Part shown: one piece after another, positions 19,059-29,653 of the stretch
Layout of the letters: each line of letters starts with the position of its first letter
How positions within the stretch are numbered: the stretch's first letter is position 1
Source: a bacterium
GTDB taxonomy: Bacteria > UBA8248
NCBI GenBank assembly: GCA_965204535.1
Contig: OZ241996.1
Coordinates: 1,280,001 to 1,344,000, forward strand
Length of the DNA stretch: 64,000 bases
Direction of reading: 5' to 3'
Notes under the pieces: model-generated
What the model was told of the DNA's origin: nothing
The model's database searches: none
The model's input: only the letters and a program-made list of their open reading frames with translations
Made by a program: the position numbers and the translations under genes

Positions 19059-21194
19059 ATGCCACCGTATCGTAAAGACATTTCTATCAACGGTTATACA
19101 CTTGCTTTCGAAACGGGTGAGATAGCCAAGCAAGCCGGTGGTGCTGTAATGATGCATTATGGTGAAACCAGTGTGCTGTGTACGGCTTGTGCTTCGCACT
19201 CTCCGCGTGAGGGAATAGATTTTTTCCCGCTTACCGTTGACTACCGAGAATTTTTCTATGCCGCAGGAATTATTCCCGGCAACTTTTTCCGGCGCGAAGC
19301 AAAACCTGGCGAGAGGGAAACATTAACTTGTCGTTTGATTGATAGGCCGATTCGTCCTCTATTTCCCAAAGAATTTCGTTGTGAGACGATGATTCAGGTT
19401 ATGGTCATGTCTTACGATAAGTTGAATGATTCCGACATTTTGGCAATCAACGGGACCTCTGCCGCCCTCCACATTTCGGATATCCCTTTCGCCGGTCCTA
19501 TCGGTGCTGTTCGCGTTGGGCGAATTGATGGCGAGATTATCGTCAATCCGACGGTCGAACAACAAATTGACAGCGATCTGAATTGTGTGATGGCTGGAAC
19601 TTCGGACGCGATAGTCATGGTGGAAGCAGGCAGTTTTGAAGTTTCAGAAGACGTCTACATGGAAGCGTTTGAGCAAGGCCATTCTGTGATTAAAGAGTTA
19701 TGCGCATTGCAGGATGAACTAAGAGCAGAATGTGGGAAGACGAAACGCGTCGTCGAGCCTGAAGAAGAAAATGCGGAACTCATGGAGAAGGTTCGTGAAA
19801 TTGTTGTTCCAAAATTAAAGACGGCTGCCGAGATTCACGACAAAATGGGACAATACGGCGCAATTGATGAGGCGAAAGCTGCTGCAATTGATTCTCTTTG
19901 TGGAGACGAAGAGGGAGCTCCCGATGGGAGAGTCGTCTCTGAATATTTTGGCAAAATCGAAAAAGAAGTTTTCCGTGGCTTGATTCTGGATGATGGCAAA
20001 CGTTCGGATGGGCGGGGGCTCCGCGATGTCAGGCCGATCACCATCAGGATATCGCCCCTTGCCAGACCTCATGGTAGTGCACTGTTCACGCGAGGCGAGA
20101 CCCAAGCGCTGGTGACTGTAACACTCGGAACTGCCTCCGAAGCGCAATTGATAGACAGCTTGGACGGGAAAGCCGACAGGACTTTTCTGCTGCACTATAA
20201 TTTCCCTGGATTCAGCGTTGGTGAAGCGAAACCGAACCGCGGTCCTGGCCGCCGTGAGATTGGGCATGGTGCGCTGGCTTCTCGCGCTGTGCAGGCGATA
20301 TTGCCTGAGCAGGAAAATTTTCCTTACACGATTCGCGTGGTTTCAGACATCACGGAAAGTAATGGCAGTTCATCCATGGCGAGCATCTGCGGCGCCAGCT
20401 TGGCCTTGATGAATGCGGGCGTACCGATAACCTCTCCGGTGGCCGGCATTGCCATGGGTTTGATTAGTGAAGAATCGACCGGGAGAACGGCGATACTAAC
20501 CGACATCCTCGGTCTTGAAGATCATTTGGGAGATATGGACTTCAAAGTCGGCGGCACGCGCCATGGCATTACCGCCCTGCAGATGGATATCAAGATCAAA
20601 GGGTTGCAATTGAGTCTCGTAAGAGAGGCTTTGGCGCAGGCCAATGATGCGAGGATGCATGTCCTTGATCAAATGGACAAAGTTATTTCCCAGCCAAGCG
20701 AAGAGATTTCTCCTTACGCGCCCAGAATCATGACGATGCAGGTTTCCAAGGACCGTGTGAGGGATGTCATTGGGCCTGGTGGAAAGGTGATTCGAGGCAT
20801 TGTCGAAGAGACTGGAGCAGATGTAGATATTGAGGACGACGGAACCATCTTCATCTCATCAACGGATGAGGCGGCTGCCCTGAGGGCGATTGAAATCATT
20901 CGTGAACTCACCCAGGAAGCAGAGAAGGGAACGATTTACTACGGAACAGTCAGAAAAATTATGGATTTCGGAGCATTCGTCGAAATTTTCCCGGGAACGG
21001 ATGGTCTTTGCCATATCAGCATGATCGCGAAGAAGAGAATCGGCTCAGTGAGTGATGTCTTGAAAGAAGGCCAGAAGGTCTTGGTGAAGTGCATCGAAGT
21101 GGAAGGTAATGGGAGAATTCGCCTCTCAATGAAAGATGTTACCGAAGAAGAGTTGCCCGAAGAATGGAAGCAATTCTATGCACCCGTGACTTGA
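19059..21194 (+). CDS. pnp: Polyribonucleotide nucleotidyltransferase
   Basis: [34 protein letters not shown] and S1 domains. Confidence 0.98.
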   Translation: MPPYRKDISINGYTLAFETGEIAKQAGGAVMMHYGETSVLCTACASHSPREGIDFFPLTVDYREFFYAAGIIPGNFFRREAKPGERETLTCRLIDRPIRPLFPKEFRCETMIQVMVMSYDKLNDSDILAINGTSAALHISDIPFAGPIGAVRVGRIDGEIIVNPTVEQQIDSDLNCVMAGTSDAIVMVEAGSFEVSEDVYMEAFEQGHSVIKELCALQDELRAECGKTKRVVEPEEENAELMEKVREIVVPKLKTAAEIHDKMGQYGAIDEAKAAAIDSLCGDEEGAPDGRVVSEYFGKIEKEVFRGLILDDGKRSDGRGLRDVRPITIRISPLARPHGSALFTRGETQALVTVTLGTASEAQLIDSLDGKADRTFLLHYNFPGFSVGEAKPNRGPGRREIGHGALASRAVQAILPEQENFPYTIRVVSDITESNGSSSMASICGASLALMNAGVPITSPVAGIAMGLISEESTGRTAILTDILGLEDHLGDMDFKVGGTRHGITALQMDIKIKGLQLSLVREALAQANDARMHVLDQMDKVISQPSEEISPYAPRIMTMQVSKDRVRDVIGPGGKVIRGIVEETGADVDIEDDGTIFISSTDEAAALRAIEIIRELTQEAEKGTIYYGTVRKIMDFGAFVEIFPGTDGLCHISMIAKKRIGSVSDVLKEGQKVLVKCIEVEGNGRIRLSMKDVTEEELPEEWKQFYAPVT

Positions 21195-21217
21195 TGTTTC
21201 CAAAGTATGATGTATGT

Positions 21218-21244
21218 GCCGGTCTCCCAGGAGGCCGGTTTTTT
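21218..21244 (+). terminator. Rho-independent terminator after pnp
   Basis: CCGGTCTC/GAGGCCGG stem followed by T6. Confidence 0.8.
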
Positions 21245-21331
21245 GGTTTCTTCCTGGCAAAATGAGATGCAGTGTGCTTCTTGGCTTGCTTGTGTCACGA
21301 GATAACTTTTTATGAAAATCCAGAGGGTAAA

Positions 21332-22420
21332 ATGAGCAAAACGTCATTGGGTGTGGGTGTGATAGGTTCGGGTAGAATCGGGACTTTGCGGGCGAATCTA
21401 GTCTCACATCACCCGTCTCTTGAGTTTTTGGCGGTATCTGATATCGATCAAGACCGCGCGAAAGAATTAGGAGAACAGGTAGGCGCCCAACTCGCAACCG
21501 GCAAAAATGAAGAAGTAATCGAACACCCTGATGTCACGACTGTCATCGTGTCCACGCCCGAGCATGACCATGCCGATTCCATCATCCATGCCCTGGAATT
21601 AGGCAAGCCCGTGCTGGTGGAAAAACCCATTTCCCTGACTTTGGAGGATTCCGACCGTATACTCTCGGTTGCTGAGAGAACGGGCACCGAACTCAGAGTA
21701 GGTTATGCCCAGCGATTCAAACGTCGTTACCAGTTGGCGAAAGAACAGATAGCGCAAGGAAGGCTGGGGGAAATTCTCGCAGGCACGGGCCGAACCTGTA
21801 ACACTCGCGCCCAGGGACTCCAAATCCTCAAGCGCTCCCCGCATGCAACGCCGGTTCTCGACGTGCTCACGTATTGGGTGGATATGACCTGCTGGTTCTT
21901 GGAGGGTCATCGACCGGTGGAAGTGGTCGCCCGAGGTAACGGGAAAATATATAAAGAACACGGTTATTCGGCGAACGATGTCACTTGGTCTATTGTCACC
22001 TTCGATAACGGGGCTGTGATGAATTTGGGCGTTTTTTATGCTCTGCCTGCGAAATATCCGGCACTGGGCCAAAGTGTGAGGATGGAGATTTACGGTACGG
22101 ATGGCGTTTTGATGCTGGATGAAGACCATAAGGATGAGATGCTGTACACCGACAAGGGAATTCCTCACACATATATTCCGGATCATCGCATCAACACGGC
22201 ATTCTTAAGCAGTACGACTCCCGGGGACTGGGCGGCGGGTGATTATTGGGGTCCTCTGGGTGATGAAACAAGGAGTTGGCTGGATCATGTCATCAACGGG
22301 AGGCCGACTACTCACGCCACGGCTGAGGATGCGCGCCAAACCCTGGAAGTGACGATAGCGATGGAACTGTCTTCTCAAACGGGCGAGGCCGTGCAATTGC
22401 CCTTGGGGGAGGGGCATTAA
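21332..22420 (+). CDS. Gfo/Idh/MocA family oxidoreductase
   Basis: GVIGSGRIG, VLVEKP and VGYAQRF motifs. Confidence 0.92.
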   Translation: MSKTSLGVGVIGSGRIGTLRANLVSHHPSLEFLAVSDIDQDRAKELGEQVGAQLATGKNEEVIEHPDVTTVIVSTPEHDHADSIIHALELGKPVLVEKPISLTLEDSDRILSVAERTGTELRVGYAQRFKRRYQLAKEQIAQGRLGEILAGTGRTCNTRAQGLQILKRSPHATPVLDVLTYWVDMTCWFLEGHRPVEVVARGNGKIYKEHGYSANDVTWSIVTFDNGAVMNLGVFYALPAKYPALGQSVRMEIYGTDGVLMLDEDHKDEMLYTDKGIPHTYIPDHRINTAFLSSTTPGDWAAGDYWGPLGDETRSWLDHVINGRPTTHATAEDARQTLEVTIAMELSSQTGEAVQLPLGEGH

Positions 22421-22533
22421 GAAGCACGGTCGGATAGATTTGTCCCCTATGGTGTCGTTCCGTTGGGTGCGTTTCGCACGACCCGGATTTGGACTTGCAA
22501 ACACCAATAAATCAACGACATACGCTGTTTCAT

Positions 22534-23535
22534 CTACGCATTTTCTTTTAGCGCAGTATAATCCTTCGTGTAGTTAGGAGCCGGGGTTGCCCCTTGTCCC
22601 TGGATAATGTGAATTTTCCCCTCGGTTTTATCGGCGTTTCGGAATCCGCGCTGCACACCGGTGGGCACCCAGCAGGCATCCCATGGGTCGAGAACGGCCT
22701 GATGGATCTCTCCGCGCTCGTCGGCCCAGTAGACGACCCATCTGCCTTCCAGCGCGATAAAAAGTTCCTCACATGGGTGGTCATGAAGCGGGGCGCCGCG
22801 GCCATTGCCGCATTCCACCATGGCGTACCCTATCTCGCCTTCGGAGAGAGAAGGCGGTGGTCCGTCCTCTCTGTCCCCGGAAACGCCGCCGATATAGCGT
22901 CTGAGCGAACGAACTCCTTCAGGGAGCGAGGCTTCGTAGTAAACATTCCAGTTTCGAGGACATTCCTCATGACGGACTAACTGGGTGGCCGGATCATAGG
23001 CGGGTTGTTTGACGTAAGCTTCCGTCCTGGCGTCATGGGGCAACCCTTCCTGTAAGGATTCATGGTAGACGGGATATTGGTAGTCGCCCTGGCCATGGAT
23101 GAAATGAATAAACCCGTCATCCTTGCCGACATTTCTGAACCCGCGCATGATGCCCGATGGTACGCGGATGAGGTCATATTTGCCCAGTATGACGTTTTTC
23201 AGGGCTTTGGTTCCAAACTCTTCCCAGTAAATCTCGAATTCACCTTCCCAGACCATGAAAATCTCTTCATCCGGATGGTCATGAAGCGGTGCGCCGTTCT
23301 GGGGGGGAGTCATGGCGATCCCGCAGGTAAATTCCCATCCCGGGAGGGGGGAACGCAGATATTGACCGGAAATGCCGCCGATGTACCGGTAAATCGCGCG
23401 GTGATTCCCCTCGCCATGCGATTCGTGATATTCACCCCAGTCAGGCATCATTTCGCCGAAGCGAATGACCGTAACGGGCGCCACCGTAGTTTTGGGCTTG
23501 AGGGTTTGCTGGTTTGAATTATTGGAAGTATTCAT
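22534..23535 (-). CDS. Bicupin protein with two metal-binding cupin domains
   Basis: Duplicated GAPLHDHP(D/C)EE...VP(S/T)GxxRGFRN motifs. Confidence 0.85.
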   Translation of the reverse strand: MNTSNNSNQQTLKPKTTVAPVTVIRFGEMMPDWGEYHESHGEGNHRAIYRYIGGISGQYLRSPLPGWEFTCGIAMTPPQNGAPLHDHPDEEIFMVWEGEFEIYWEEFGTKALKNVILGKYDLIRVPSGIMRGFRNVGKDDGFIHFIHGQGDYQYPVYHESLQEGLPHDARTEAYVKQPAYDPATQLVRHEECPRNWNVYYEASLPEGVRSLRRYIGGVSGDREDGPPPSLSEGEIGYAMVECGNGRGAPLHDHPCEELFIALEGRWVVYWADERGEIHQAVLDPWDACWVPTGVQRGFRNADKTEGKIHIIQGQGATPAPNYTKDYTALKENA

Positions 23536-23705
23536 TCTTGGTTCTCCTCGACTGTGAGAATTACCATTGCTCCAACCCCGCATTTGCTCGCATTTGCTGT
23601 AAATGGTGTTCAAGGTGAATATGGTATCACCACCCTGGGAGTATTGCTATCCTTGGCTTGAGGGTGGATCGTAAAGAGTGGATTTTAGATTCAGAGGGTA
23701 CTCAT

Positions 23706-25382
23706 GTGGTTCTGAGAAATAAGGTATTCGCAATTATTTTTCTGGTACTGGGAATCCTCCCGCTTTCCGCATTTGCTCAGTCCGCAGATATCGCCCTGGT
23801 GAACGGCAAGATATTAACCGTCGATGCGAGTTTTTCCACCCGGCAGGCAGTGGCTGCCCGGGGCGAGCGCATCTTGTCTGTGGGGGATAATTCTCAGATA
23901 AAGCAATTTATCGATTCTGATACGAAAGTGATTGATCTAAAAGGTAAAATGCTTGTTCCAGGCCTGATAGACAACCATGTGCATTTCATCCGCCACGCGC
24001 TGCGCTGGGAGCACGAAGCGAGAATCGACGGGGTCACCTCCCGTAAAACAGCGCTGTCCCTCATTTCCGCCAAAGCGAAATCCATGAAACGCGGCGAATG
24101 GGTGCTCATCATTGGTGGATGGAACCCGGGGCAATTCCGGGATACGCCGGGTTTGTTTACGAAGGCGGAGTTGGATCTGGCCGCCCCCAACAACCCCGTG
24201 TTCATTCAGCAATCCTATCGATTCATGATTCTGAACAGCCTGGCCCTCCAGAAGGCGGGAATCGATGAGAATTTCGAAGCGCCGAGAGGGTGGCGGATAG
24301 CCAGAAGCGAGTCCGGTGCTCCCACGGGCATCATTCATGGACGCCGGGCCATTTTCCGGTTCTGGCGGCGTGTATTGCCGAAAATTACGGACGACAAAAC
24401 CATATCCGGTCTCAAGAAGCTGATGGCGGATTTCAACCGTGCCGGCGTGACGAGTTTGCTCGAATTGGGCGGCGGCGGGGTCCGGGATTCGACATACGAG
24501 CTGATCAGGAGAAGACTGGCTGATAACGATGGCCTTACGCTGAGGATATTTCACACGCCTCGCTTCCGGGTTCGAACGCCTGAGGCAAACAAAAGAGTGA
24601 TTGAGAGAATTCGAAATTCCCGCCCGGATAAATCTGCGAAGATGATGGGTCATATCGCACTCGGTGAGCATATGTATGCGCCTCTCCACGATTCGGCGTT
24701 CAGGCCCTCCAGGTTCCCGGATGAGGATTATGATGAATTCAGGAAAGTTTCCGAGGCGGCGGCAGACGGGGGATGGACGATTCACGAACATGCTTTTCGC
24801 GATACGACGATCACGCGGTATCTGGATATTTTCGAGAAAATCAATCCAAGAAAAGATATCACGGGGCTGCGATGGTCGATCCACCATGCGGATTTCATCT
24901 CGAAGAGAAATATCGAGCGCGCAAAAGTGCTCGGGATGACTTTCGCCCTGCACAGCAAGATGACGATTCTGGGTTCCGCCCTGAGGCGACGATATGGGGA
25001 GCGGGCCCTCTCACTGCCGCCACTCAGGACAATTCAAAACAGCGGGGTCATCTGGGGGCTCGGTACGGACGCCGGAGCCGTGGCCCCATATCCGCCCATG
25101 TTTTCGCTTTGGTGGGCCGTGACGGGCATGGATTTGGGCGGGGAGAGGGCGCTTTCGGAATCTGAAACCGTTTCGAGAAAACAAGCGTTAATCGCCCACA
25201 CGCGGTCGAACGCATACCTGCTTTTCAAGGAAAATGAGTTGGGCTCCATCGAGAAGGGCAAGCTGGCCGACCTCGTCGTGCTCGACCGCGATTACATGAC
25301 GATACCTGCGGAGCAAATCAAGGACATCAAGCCTCTCCTCACGATGGTCGGGGGAAGGGTGGTGTTCCGATCAGGAATATGA
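23706..25382 (+). CDS. Secreted amidohydrolase 3 (YtcJ-like) family protein
   Basis: Signal peptide ending in AFA-Q; PGLIDNHVH, HEHA, IHHA, GTDA and GSIEKGKLADLVVLD motifs; start uncertain. Confidence 0.88.
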   Translation: MVLRNKVFAIIFLVLGILPLSAFAQSADIALVNGKILTVDASFSTRQAVAARGERILSVGDNSQIKQFIDSDTKVIDLKGKMLVPGLIDNHVHFIRHALRWEHEARIDGVTSRKTALSLISAKAKSMKRGEWVLIIGGWNPGQFRDTPGLFTKAELDLAAPNNPVFIQQSYRFMILNSLALQKAGIDENFEAPRGWRIARSESGAPTGIIHGRRAIFRFWRRVLPKITDDKTISGLKKLMADFNRAGVTSLLELGGGGVRDSTYELIRRRLADNDGLTLRIFHTPRFRVRTPEANKRVIERIRNSRPDKSAKMMGHIALGEHMYAPLHDSAFRPSRFPDEDYDEFRKVSEAAADGGWTIHEHAFRDTTITRYLDIFEKINPRKDITGLRWSIHHADFISKRNIERAKVLGMTFALHSKMTILGSALRRRYGERALSLPPLRTIQNSGVIWGLGTDAGAVAPYPPMFSLWWAVTGMDLGGERALSESETVSRKQALIAHTRSNAYLLFKENELGSIEKGKLADLVVLDRDYMTIPAEQIKDIKPLLTMVGGRVVFRSGI

Positions 25383-25546
25383 GATTAAGATCAGCATTAT
25401 ATCTATTTGAATTTTATGCAATTAAACTTTTGTCTCTCAAAACAAGAAATCGGATTTGACAGCAAGAATCGGATAGAAGCTTCCCGGCGTTGCGGTTACA
25501 TTATGAATGAATATGCAATCGCTCATATCTTTCGGGAGACGATAAA

Positions 25547-26590
25547 GTGAACATGAATGCTCGTTGGGAAGCGATCCTCAAGCGCGACGCCAGGGCGGAT
25601 GGGCATTTCGTATACGCCGTTCGCTCCACCGGGATTTACTGCCGCCCTTCCTGTGCAAGCCGAAAGCCCAAGAAAAACAACGTGTTGATATTCAAATTCC
25701 CGGAAATGGCGGAAGCGCGCGGCTTCAGGCCCTGCCGGCGGTGCGCTCCAAGGGAATCCGGCTACGACCCCCGTCTCGAGAAGGTGAGAAAAACGGTTCG
25801 CTATCTCGAAGAGCATCTGGATGAAAGCCCGACCCTTGCGGAGTTGGGGCGGATGGTGCGCCTGAGCCCCCATCACCTGCAGCGAAGTTTCAAGAGGGCT
25901 TTGGGCGTGAGTCCCCGCCAGTATCTCGAATCTCTTAAAGCGCAGAAATACAAGGATTTGCTGAAAAACGGGCGCGACCTGGCGGGCGCCGGCTACGAGG
26001 CTGGCTACGGCTCCAGCAGGGGGGTGTATGAGGGCGCATCGCGCTATCTGGGCATGACGCCGGCGACCTACAAAAAGGGCGGGGCGGGCGTCTCGATACG
26101 CTACGGAATCACCAAATGCGCGTTGGGTAGATTGCTGGTGGCGGCTACGGAGAAGGGCGTGTGCCGCGTCAGCATTGCGGATACTGTCGGCAAACTCGTT
26201 CACGATATTGAAAGCGAATACCCCGATGCGAACCTGAGTCGTAGTGATGATCAGTTAAAGGAATACTTGAGCATCGTCGCGCACCTCACGCAGGGAAAGG
26301 CGCCTTCAGAATCATTGCCGCTCGACGTTCAAGCCAGCGCTTTCCAGTGCCGCGTATGGGAGCGGCTCAAGGCCATTCCTCTCGGAAAAACAATGACATA
26401 CAAAGAGATTGCCGAGGACCTGGGTCTCCCGAAAGGCGCGCGGGCGGTGGGAAGCGCATGCGCAAAGAACCCGGTAGCCCTGCTGGTGCCCTGCCACAGG
26501 GCGGTTCGGGGAGATGGCAGTCTCGCAGGCTATCGCTGGGGCGTGGAACGCAAGAGAAAACTCTTGGAGATGGAGAAAAAACAGAAGTAA
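25547..26590 (+). CDS. ada: Bifunctional Ada regulator / O6-methylguanine-DNA methyltransferase
   Basis: YCRPSC and PCRRC Zn ligands, AraC-type HTH, PCHR active site. Confidence 0.95.
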   Translation: MNMNARWEAILKRDARADGHFVYAVRSTGIYCRPSCASRKPKKNNVLIFKFPEMAEARGFRPCRRCAPRESGYDPRLEKVRKTVRYLEEHLDESPTLAELGRMVRLSPHHLQRSFKRALGVSPRQYLESLKAQKYKDLLKNGRDLAGAGYEAGYGSSRGVYEGASRYLGMTPATYKKGGAGVSIRYGITKCALGRLLVAATEKGVCRVSIADTVGKLVHDIESEYPDANLSRSDDQLKEYLSIVAHLTQGKAPSESLPLDVQASAFQCRVWERLKAIPLGKTMTYKEIAEDLGLPKGARAVGSACAKNPVALLVPCHRAVRGDGSLAGYRWGVERKRKLLEMEKKQK

Positions 26591-26667
26591 TTTCAATATG
26601 TTACCGGGTAAAACGCATCAGGCGCATGAATGGACGCCAGCGTATCGGGCGGCGCCACGATCGAGCG

Positions 26668-26928
26668 CGCAATTCCCCGCAATTGCCGTCGCGCGCAAGC
26701 CTCCCGCAGCGTGGTATCCTCACGAAGTTTCAGCGGGAGGGAGATTTTCATTCGCGCAATTCCCCGCAGCTTCCCGCATTTCCCCTCGAAAATTTTTAGT
26801 AATTTATCGAAATACACCGTGAATTTATCGTATTTTACGGAAATTCAAACGGCTCCGAGCGGCGAAATTGCGCCATCGCCATACCGCTCACGACTGGCTT
26901 CCAGCAAGCGCAAATGCGGGGAATTGCG
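26668..26928. repeat. Non-coding repeat module related to 8293-8569
   Basis: CGCAATTCCCCGCA at 26668 and 26755, inverted copy at 26910-26928; TTTATCG units at 26792-26837. Confidence 0.75.
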
Positions 26929-27011
26929 GAGTCCATTACGAATGAAGCAGGAGTCATTTTGCATATTGAGGGGAATGAGAGAACGGTTTTTGCGGGGTCG
27001 GACATATATGC

Positions 27012-27168
27012 GGGGCTGTTGAGAAAGTCATCCTTGTGAGGGGACAAAGGCACCCCCCTATCCCCCTTGTCAGGGGGGCAAGAAAAAACAAAACCCCTTC
27101 TACCGGCGGTGGGTGTCGCCTTTTTTACCTCCCTGTTAAGGGGGGCAGGGGGGGGTGGTTTTCAAGCC
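27012..27168. mobile_element. Degenerate MITE-like element with C/G-run palindromic cargo
   Basis: Left end GGGGCTGTTGAGAAA, eroded right end TTTTCAAGCC; internal CCCCCTTGTCAGGGGG hairpins. Confidence 0.5.
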
Positions 27169-27183
27169 GAGTGAGGCGTCCTC

Positions 27184-28536
27184 TCAACCGCCCGGACGCT
27201 CGACGGTCTCGCCGTATCCCGCCCTTCCGGTCACCTCGCCGTTTTCCATCACCACTTCGCCGCGCACGAGCGTCATCACGGGCGCGCCCTTCATCGTCCA
27301 GCCGTTGAACGGCGTCCACTTGCATTTCGAGACGATATCCTCATCGCGCAGCGTTTCTTCGGCGTCCATGTCCACGACGATGAAGTCCGCATCCGCGCCC
27401 ACCTGGATGCACCCCTTGCGTGGATGGATGTTGAAGACGCGCGCGGGCTGCTCACAGCAGACCCGCACCATCTGGTTCAGGGTCAGCACGCCCTCGCTCA
27501 CGGCGTTCAGCATCAGGCGCACCGTCGTCTCCACGCCCGGTATCCCGAAAGGCGCCTCGTGAATGTTCTCGAGCCCGTCCACCTTCCGCTGACGGGGAAA
27601 GGGGCAGTGGTCGGTGCCGATGGTGTCCACCATGCCGCGCCCCAGCGCCGTGCGCATTCCGTCGCGCGTCTCCGCCGAGCGGATGACCGGCGTGAATTTC
27701 ACGAACGGCCCCAGTTCTTCCAGATGCGAGTGGTCGAGATAGAAATACTGGGGGCAGCTTTCGGCAAAAATTCTCGCGCCGCGCCCGCGCGCCGCCTGGA
27801 TGGCATCGAGCAGTACGGGTTGGCTCACGTGCGCGACCAGCACCTTGCAGCCCGTGAGTTCGGCGAGCGCCACGGCGTCGAGCGTCGCCACGTATTCGCT
27901 CTCGGGGTTTCGCCAGTCGCTGATGCACATGTAGTCCGTCCGGTTATCGGCGTCGATCTTTTCTTTCGACTTCTGGAGAATGGAGTCGCTCTCGCAGTGC
28001 AGCATCACCGTGCCGCCGAAGGAATTGACCTCGCGCATGATGTTCAAGAGCACCCCCTCGGACAGGTCGGGCACGCCGTGCAGCTCGCACATGAATCCCT
28101 TGAAGCCCAGCGCGCCGCCCTCCCACATGGGGCGCAGGTGCGCGAGGTTGTCGACGTCGAGACCTCCCAGCTGCCCGAAATCCACCACCGAGCGCGAGTC
28201 GATGTAGGCCGTCTTGTCTTCGAGAATCTCCCGCGTGTAGACGAGCGGGTCGCTCCGGTGGTGGTCGATCACGGTGGTGATGCCGCCCCTGGCCGCCGCC
28301 TCGGTGCCCGTCGTCCAGTCTTCCCGGTCCGTGAAGCCCGGGTCCATCATGTGGACGTGCTCATCCACCATGCCCGGCAGGAGATAACGGCCCGCGGCGT
28401 CGATTTCGCGCGCCGCATTCGTCTCGGCCTTATGGGTGATGGCGGCGATGCGCCCCCCCTCCACGTAGACGCAGCCCTCGTAGGTGTCCGTGGGCGTCAC
28501 GATTTTCGCGTTCTTGATCAAAAGCTCAGCGCTCAT
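27184..28536 (-). CDS. Allantoinase/dihydroorotase-family cyclic amidohydrolase
   Basis: DEHVH, AAARGGITT, FKGFM, HCE, HVS and TDHCPF motifs. Confidence 0.9.
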   Translation of the reverse strand: MSAELLIKNAKIVTPTDTYEGCVYVEGGRIAAITHKAETNAAREIDAAGRYLLPGMVDEHVHMMDPGFTDREDWTTGTEAAARGGITTVIDHHRSDPLVYTREILEDKTAYIDSRSVVDFGQLGGLDVDNLAHLRPMWEGGALGFKGFMCELHGVPDLSEGVLLNIMREVNSFGGTVMLHCESDSILQKSKEKIDADNRTDYMCISDWRNPESEYVATLDAVALAELTGCKVLVAHVSQPVLLDAIQAARGRGARIFAESCPQYFYLDHSHLEELGPFVKFTPVIRSAETRDGMRTALGRGMVDTIGTDHCPFPRQRKVDGLENIHEAPFGIPGVETTVRLMLNAVSEGVLTLNQMVRVCCEQPARVFNIHPRKGCIQVGADADFIVVDMDAEETLRDEDIVSKCKWTPFNGWTMKGAPVMTLVRGEVVMENGEVTGRAGYGETVERPGG

Positions 28537-28717
28537 GCGGTTGCCCTCTCATGATTTTGGCGTTTTTCCGTGAATCTGCGTGTGAATCGAGAACGGCGCA
28601 TTATGACGCATAAGAGCGTTGGGGGCCAAGGGGTCGAACGCGAGTGAGGAGCGAGTATTCGACCCGACTGAGTCAAGAGGGTTTCCCGAGTGATGAGTGA
28701 GGGTTCGCTGGGGGAGA

Positions 28718-28744
28718 TAGGGACAGGTCGCGACCTGTCCCTAC
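28718..28744. repeat. GTAG-family REP palindrome
   Basis: TAGGGACAGGTCGCGACCTGTCCCTAC, same as 6778-6804. Confidence 0.8.
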
Positions 28745-28749
28745 AGTTT

Positions 28750-29646
28750 CTAATTTTTTCCCTCCGCTTTAGGCTTGATGCCGAGCTCCCTTCTTTTCCG
28801 GATCACGCCCGAGAGGCGGTACCATTCCGCGCGGCCGGGGTCGATTCTGGAGCCGCGCTCGATGAGGCGCGAGGCGAAGGCCGGCTCCTTGTTCAGATAA
28901 ACGAGCAGGGAGGCGAGGTTCAGGAGCACGCCCGCGTCTTCGGGCGATAATTCCTCCGCCGCCTTGAGCACCTTCTCCGCCTCTTCGTAGCGGTACTGGG
29001 AGACCAGGTATCTGGCGTACCTGTTGGAGACGACCGGGTTCTCGGGGGCGAGTTCGCGGGCCTTGTCATATGCGGCGAGCGTTTCTTCGAGATCACCCGC
29101 CTCGTCCATCACCTTCGCCAGGGCGAGCCAGGCGTCCACGTTTCCGGGATTGATCTCGAGATCGCGGCGGATGAGCGCAAGCGCGGCCTCGTCTTTTTTC
29201 TTCTCCATGAGCGCCAGGGCGCGTTCGTAATGCGCGCTCGTGGTTTTCTGGAGAATGGAAAATCCCTCGTCCGACTCGATGATTCTCGACGTGGCGCCGA
29301 GTTTCAAATCCTGCACCTCGGCCCGGACGCCGACGCTGAACTCAGAAGGCTCGGCCTTGCGGACCGCGACCGCTTTATCCCTGAACTCCCGGGCCACCTT
29401 GCGGAAGGGAATTCCGAGGATGGCGGTCTTGTCGTACGCTTCTTTCGCCGTGTCATAGTCGGGAAGCGTCAGCACGCGGAAAAAATGCGGCTCTTCGGTT
29501 TTTTTCACCTGTGGTCGTTTTGCTTCGGGCGCCGGTTTCTTCTGCTCCTTGGGAAGGAAGAGGGCGCGGATGTTAGCGCAGCCCGCAAGCATCAGGAGAA
29601 CCGCAAGGGCGGCAATAACTTTTCCGGGCAGCCTGCGTTCGCGCAT
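28750..29646 (-). CDS. Lipoprotein with a parvulin-like segment and TPR repeats
   Basis: Lipobox LAGC; LKLGATSRIIESDEGFSILQK resembles a PpiC C-terminus; TPR helices (LEINPGNVDAW, ELAPENP, ELSPEDA). Confidence 0.7.
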   Translation of the reverse strand: MRERRLPGKVIAALAVLLMLAGCANIRALFLPKEQKKPAPEAKRPQVKKTEEPHFFRVLTLPDYDTAKEAYDKTAILGIPFRKVAREFRDKAVAVRKAEPSEFSVGVRAEVQDLKLGATSRIIESDEGFSILQKTTSAHYERALALMEKKKDEAALALIRRDLEINPGNVDAWLALAKVMDEAGDLEETLAAYDKARELAPENPVVSNRYARYLVSQYRYEEAEKVLKAAEELSPEDAGVLLNLASLLVYLNKEPAFASRLIERGSRIDPGRAEWYRLSGVIRKRRELGIKPKAEGKN

Positions 29647-29653
29647 GGTGGTG

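Noticed and set aside
12180-21194. parS or DnaA boxes explaining the GC trough
   Set aside because: No TGTTTCACGTGAAACA-like palindrome or TTATCCACA cluster was seen by eye; a computational scan could still find variants
28631-28665. GGGTCGAA...TTCGACCC hairpin upstream of the allantoinase-like gene, considered as a riboswitch
   Set aside because: No recognisable aptamer consensus; it lies beside a REP and is probably repeat-derived
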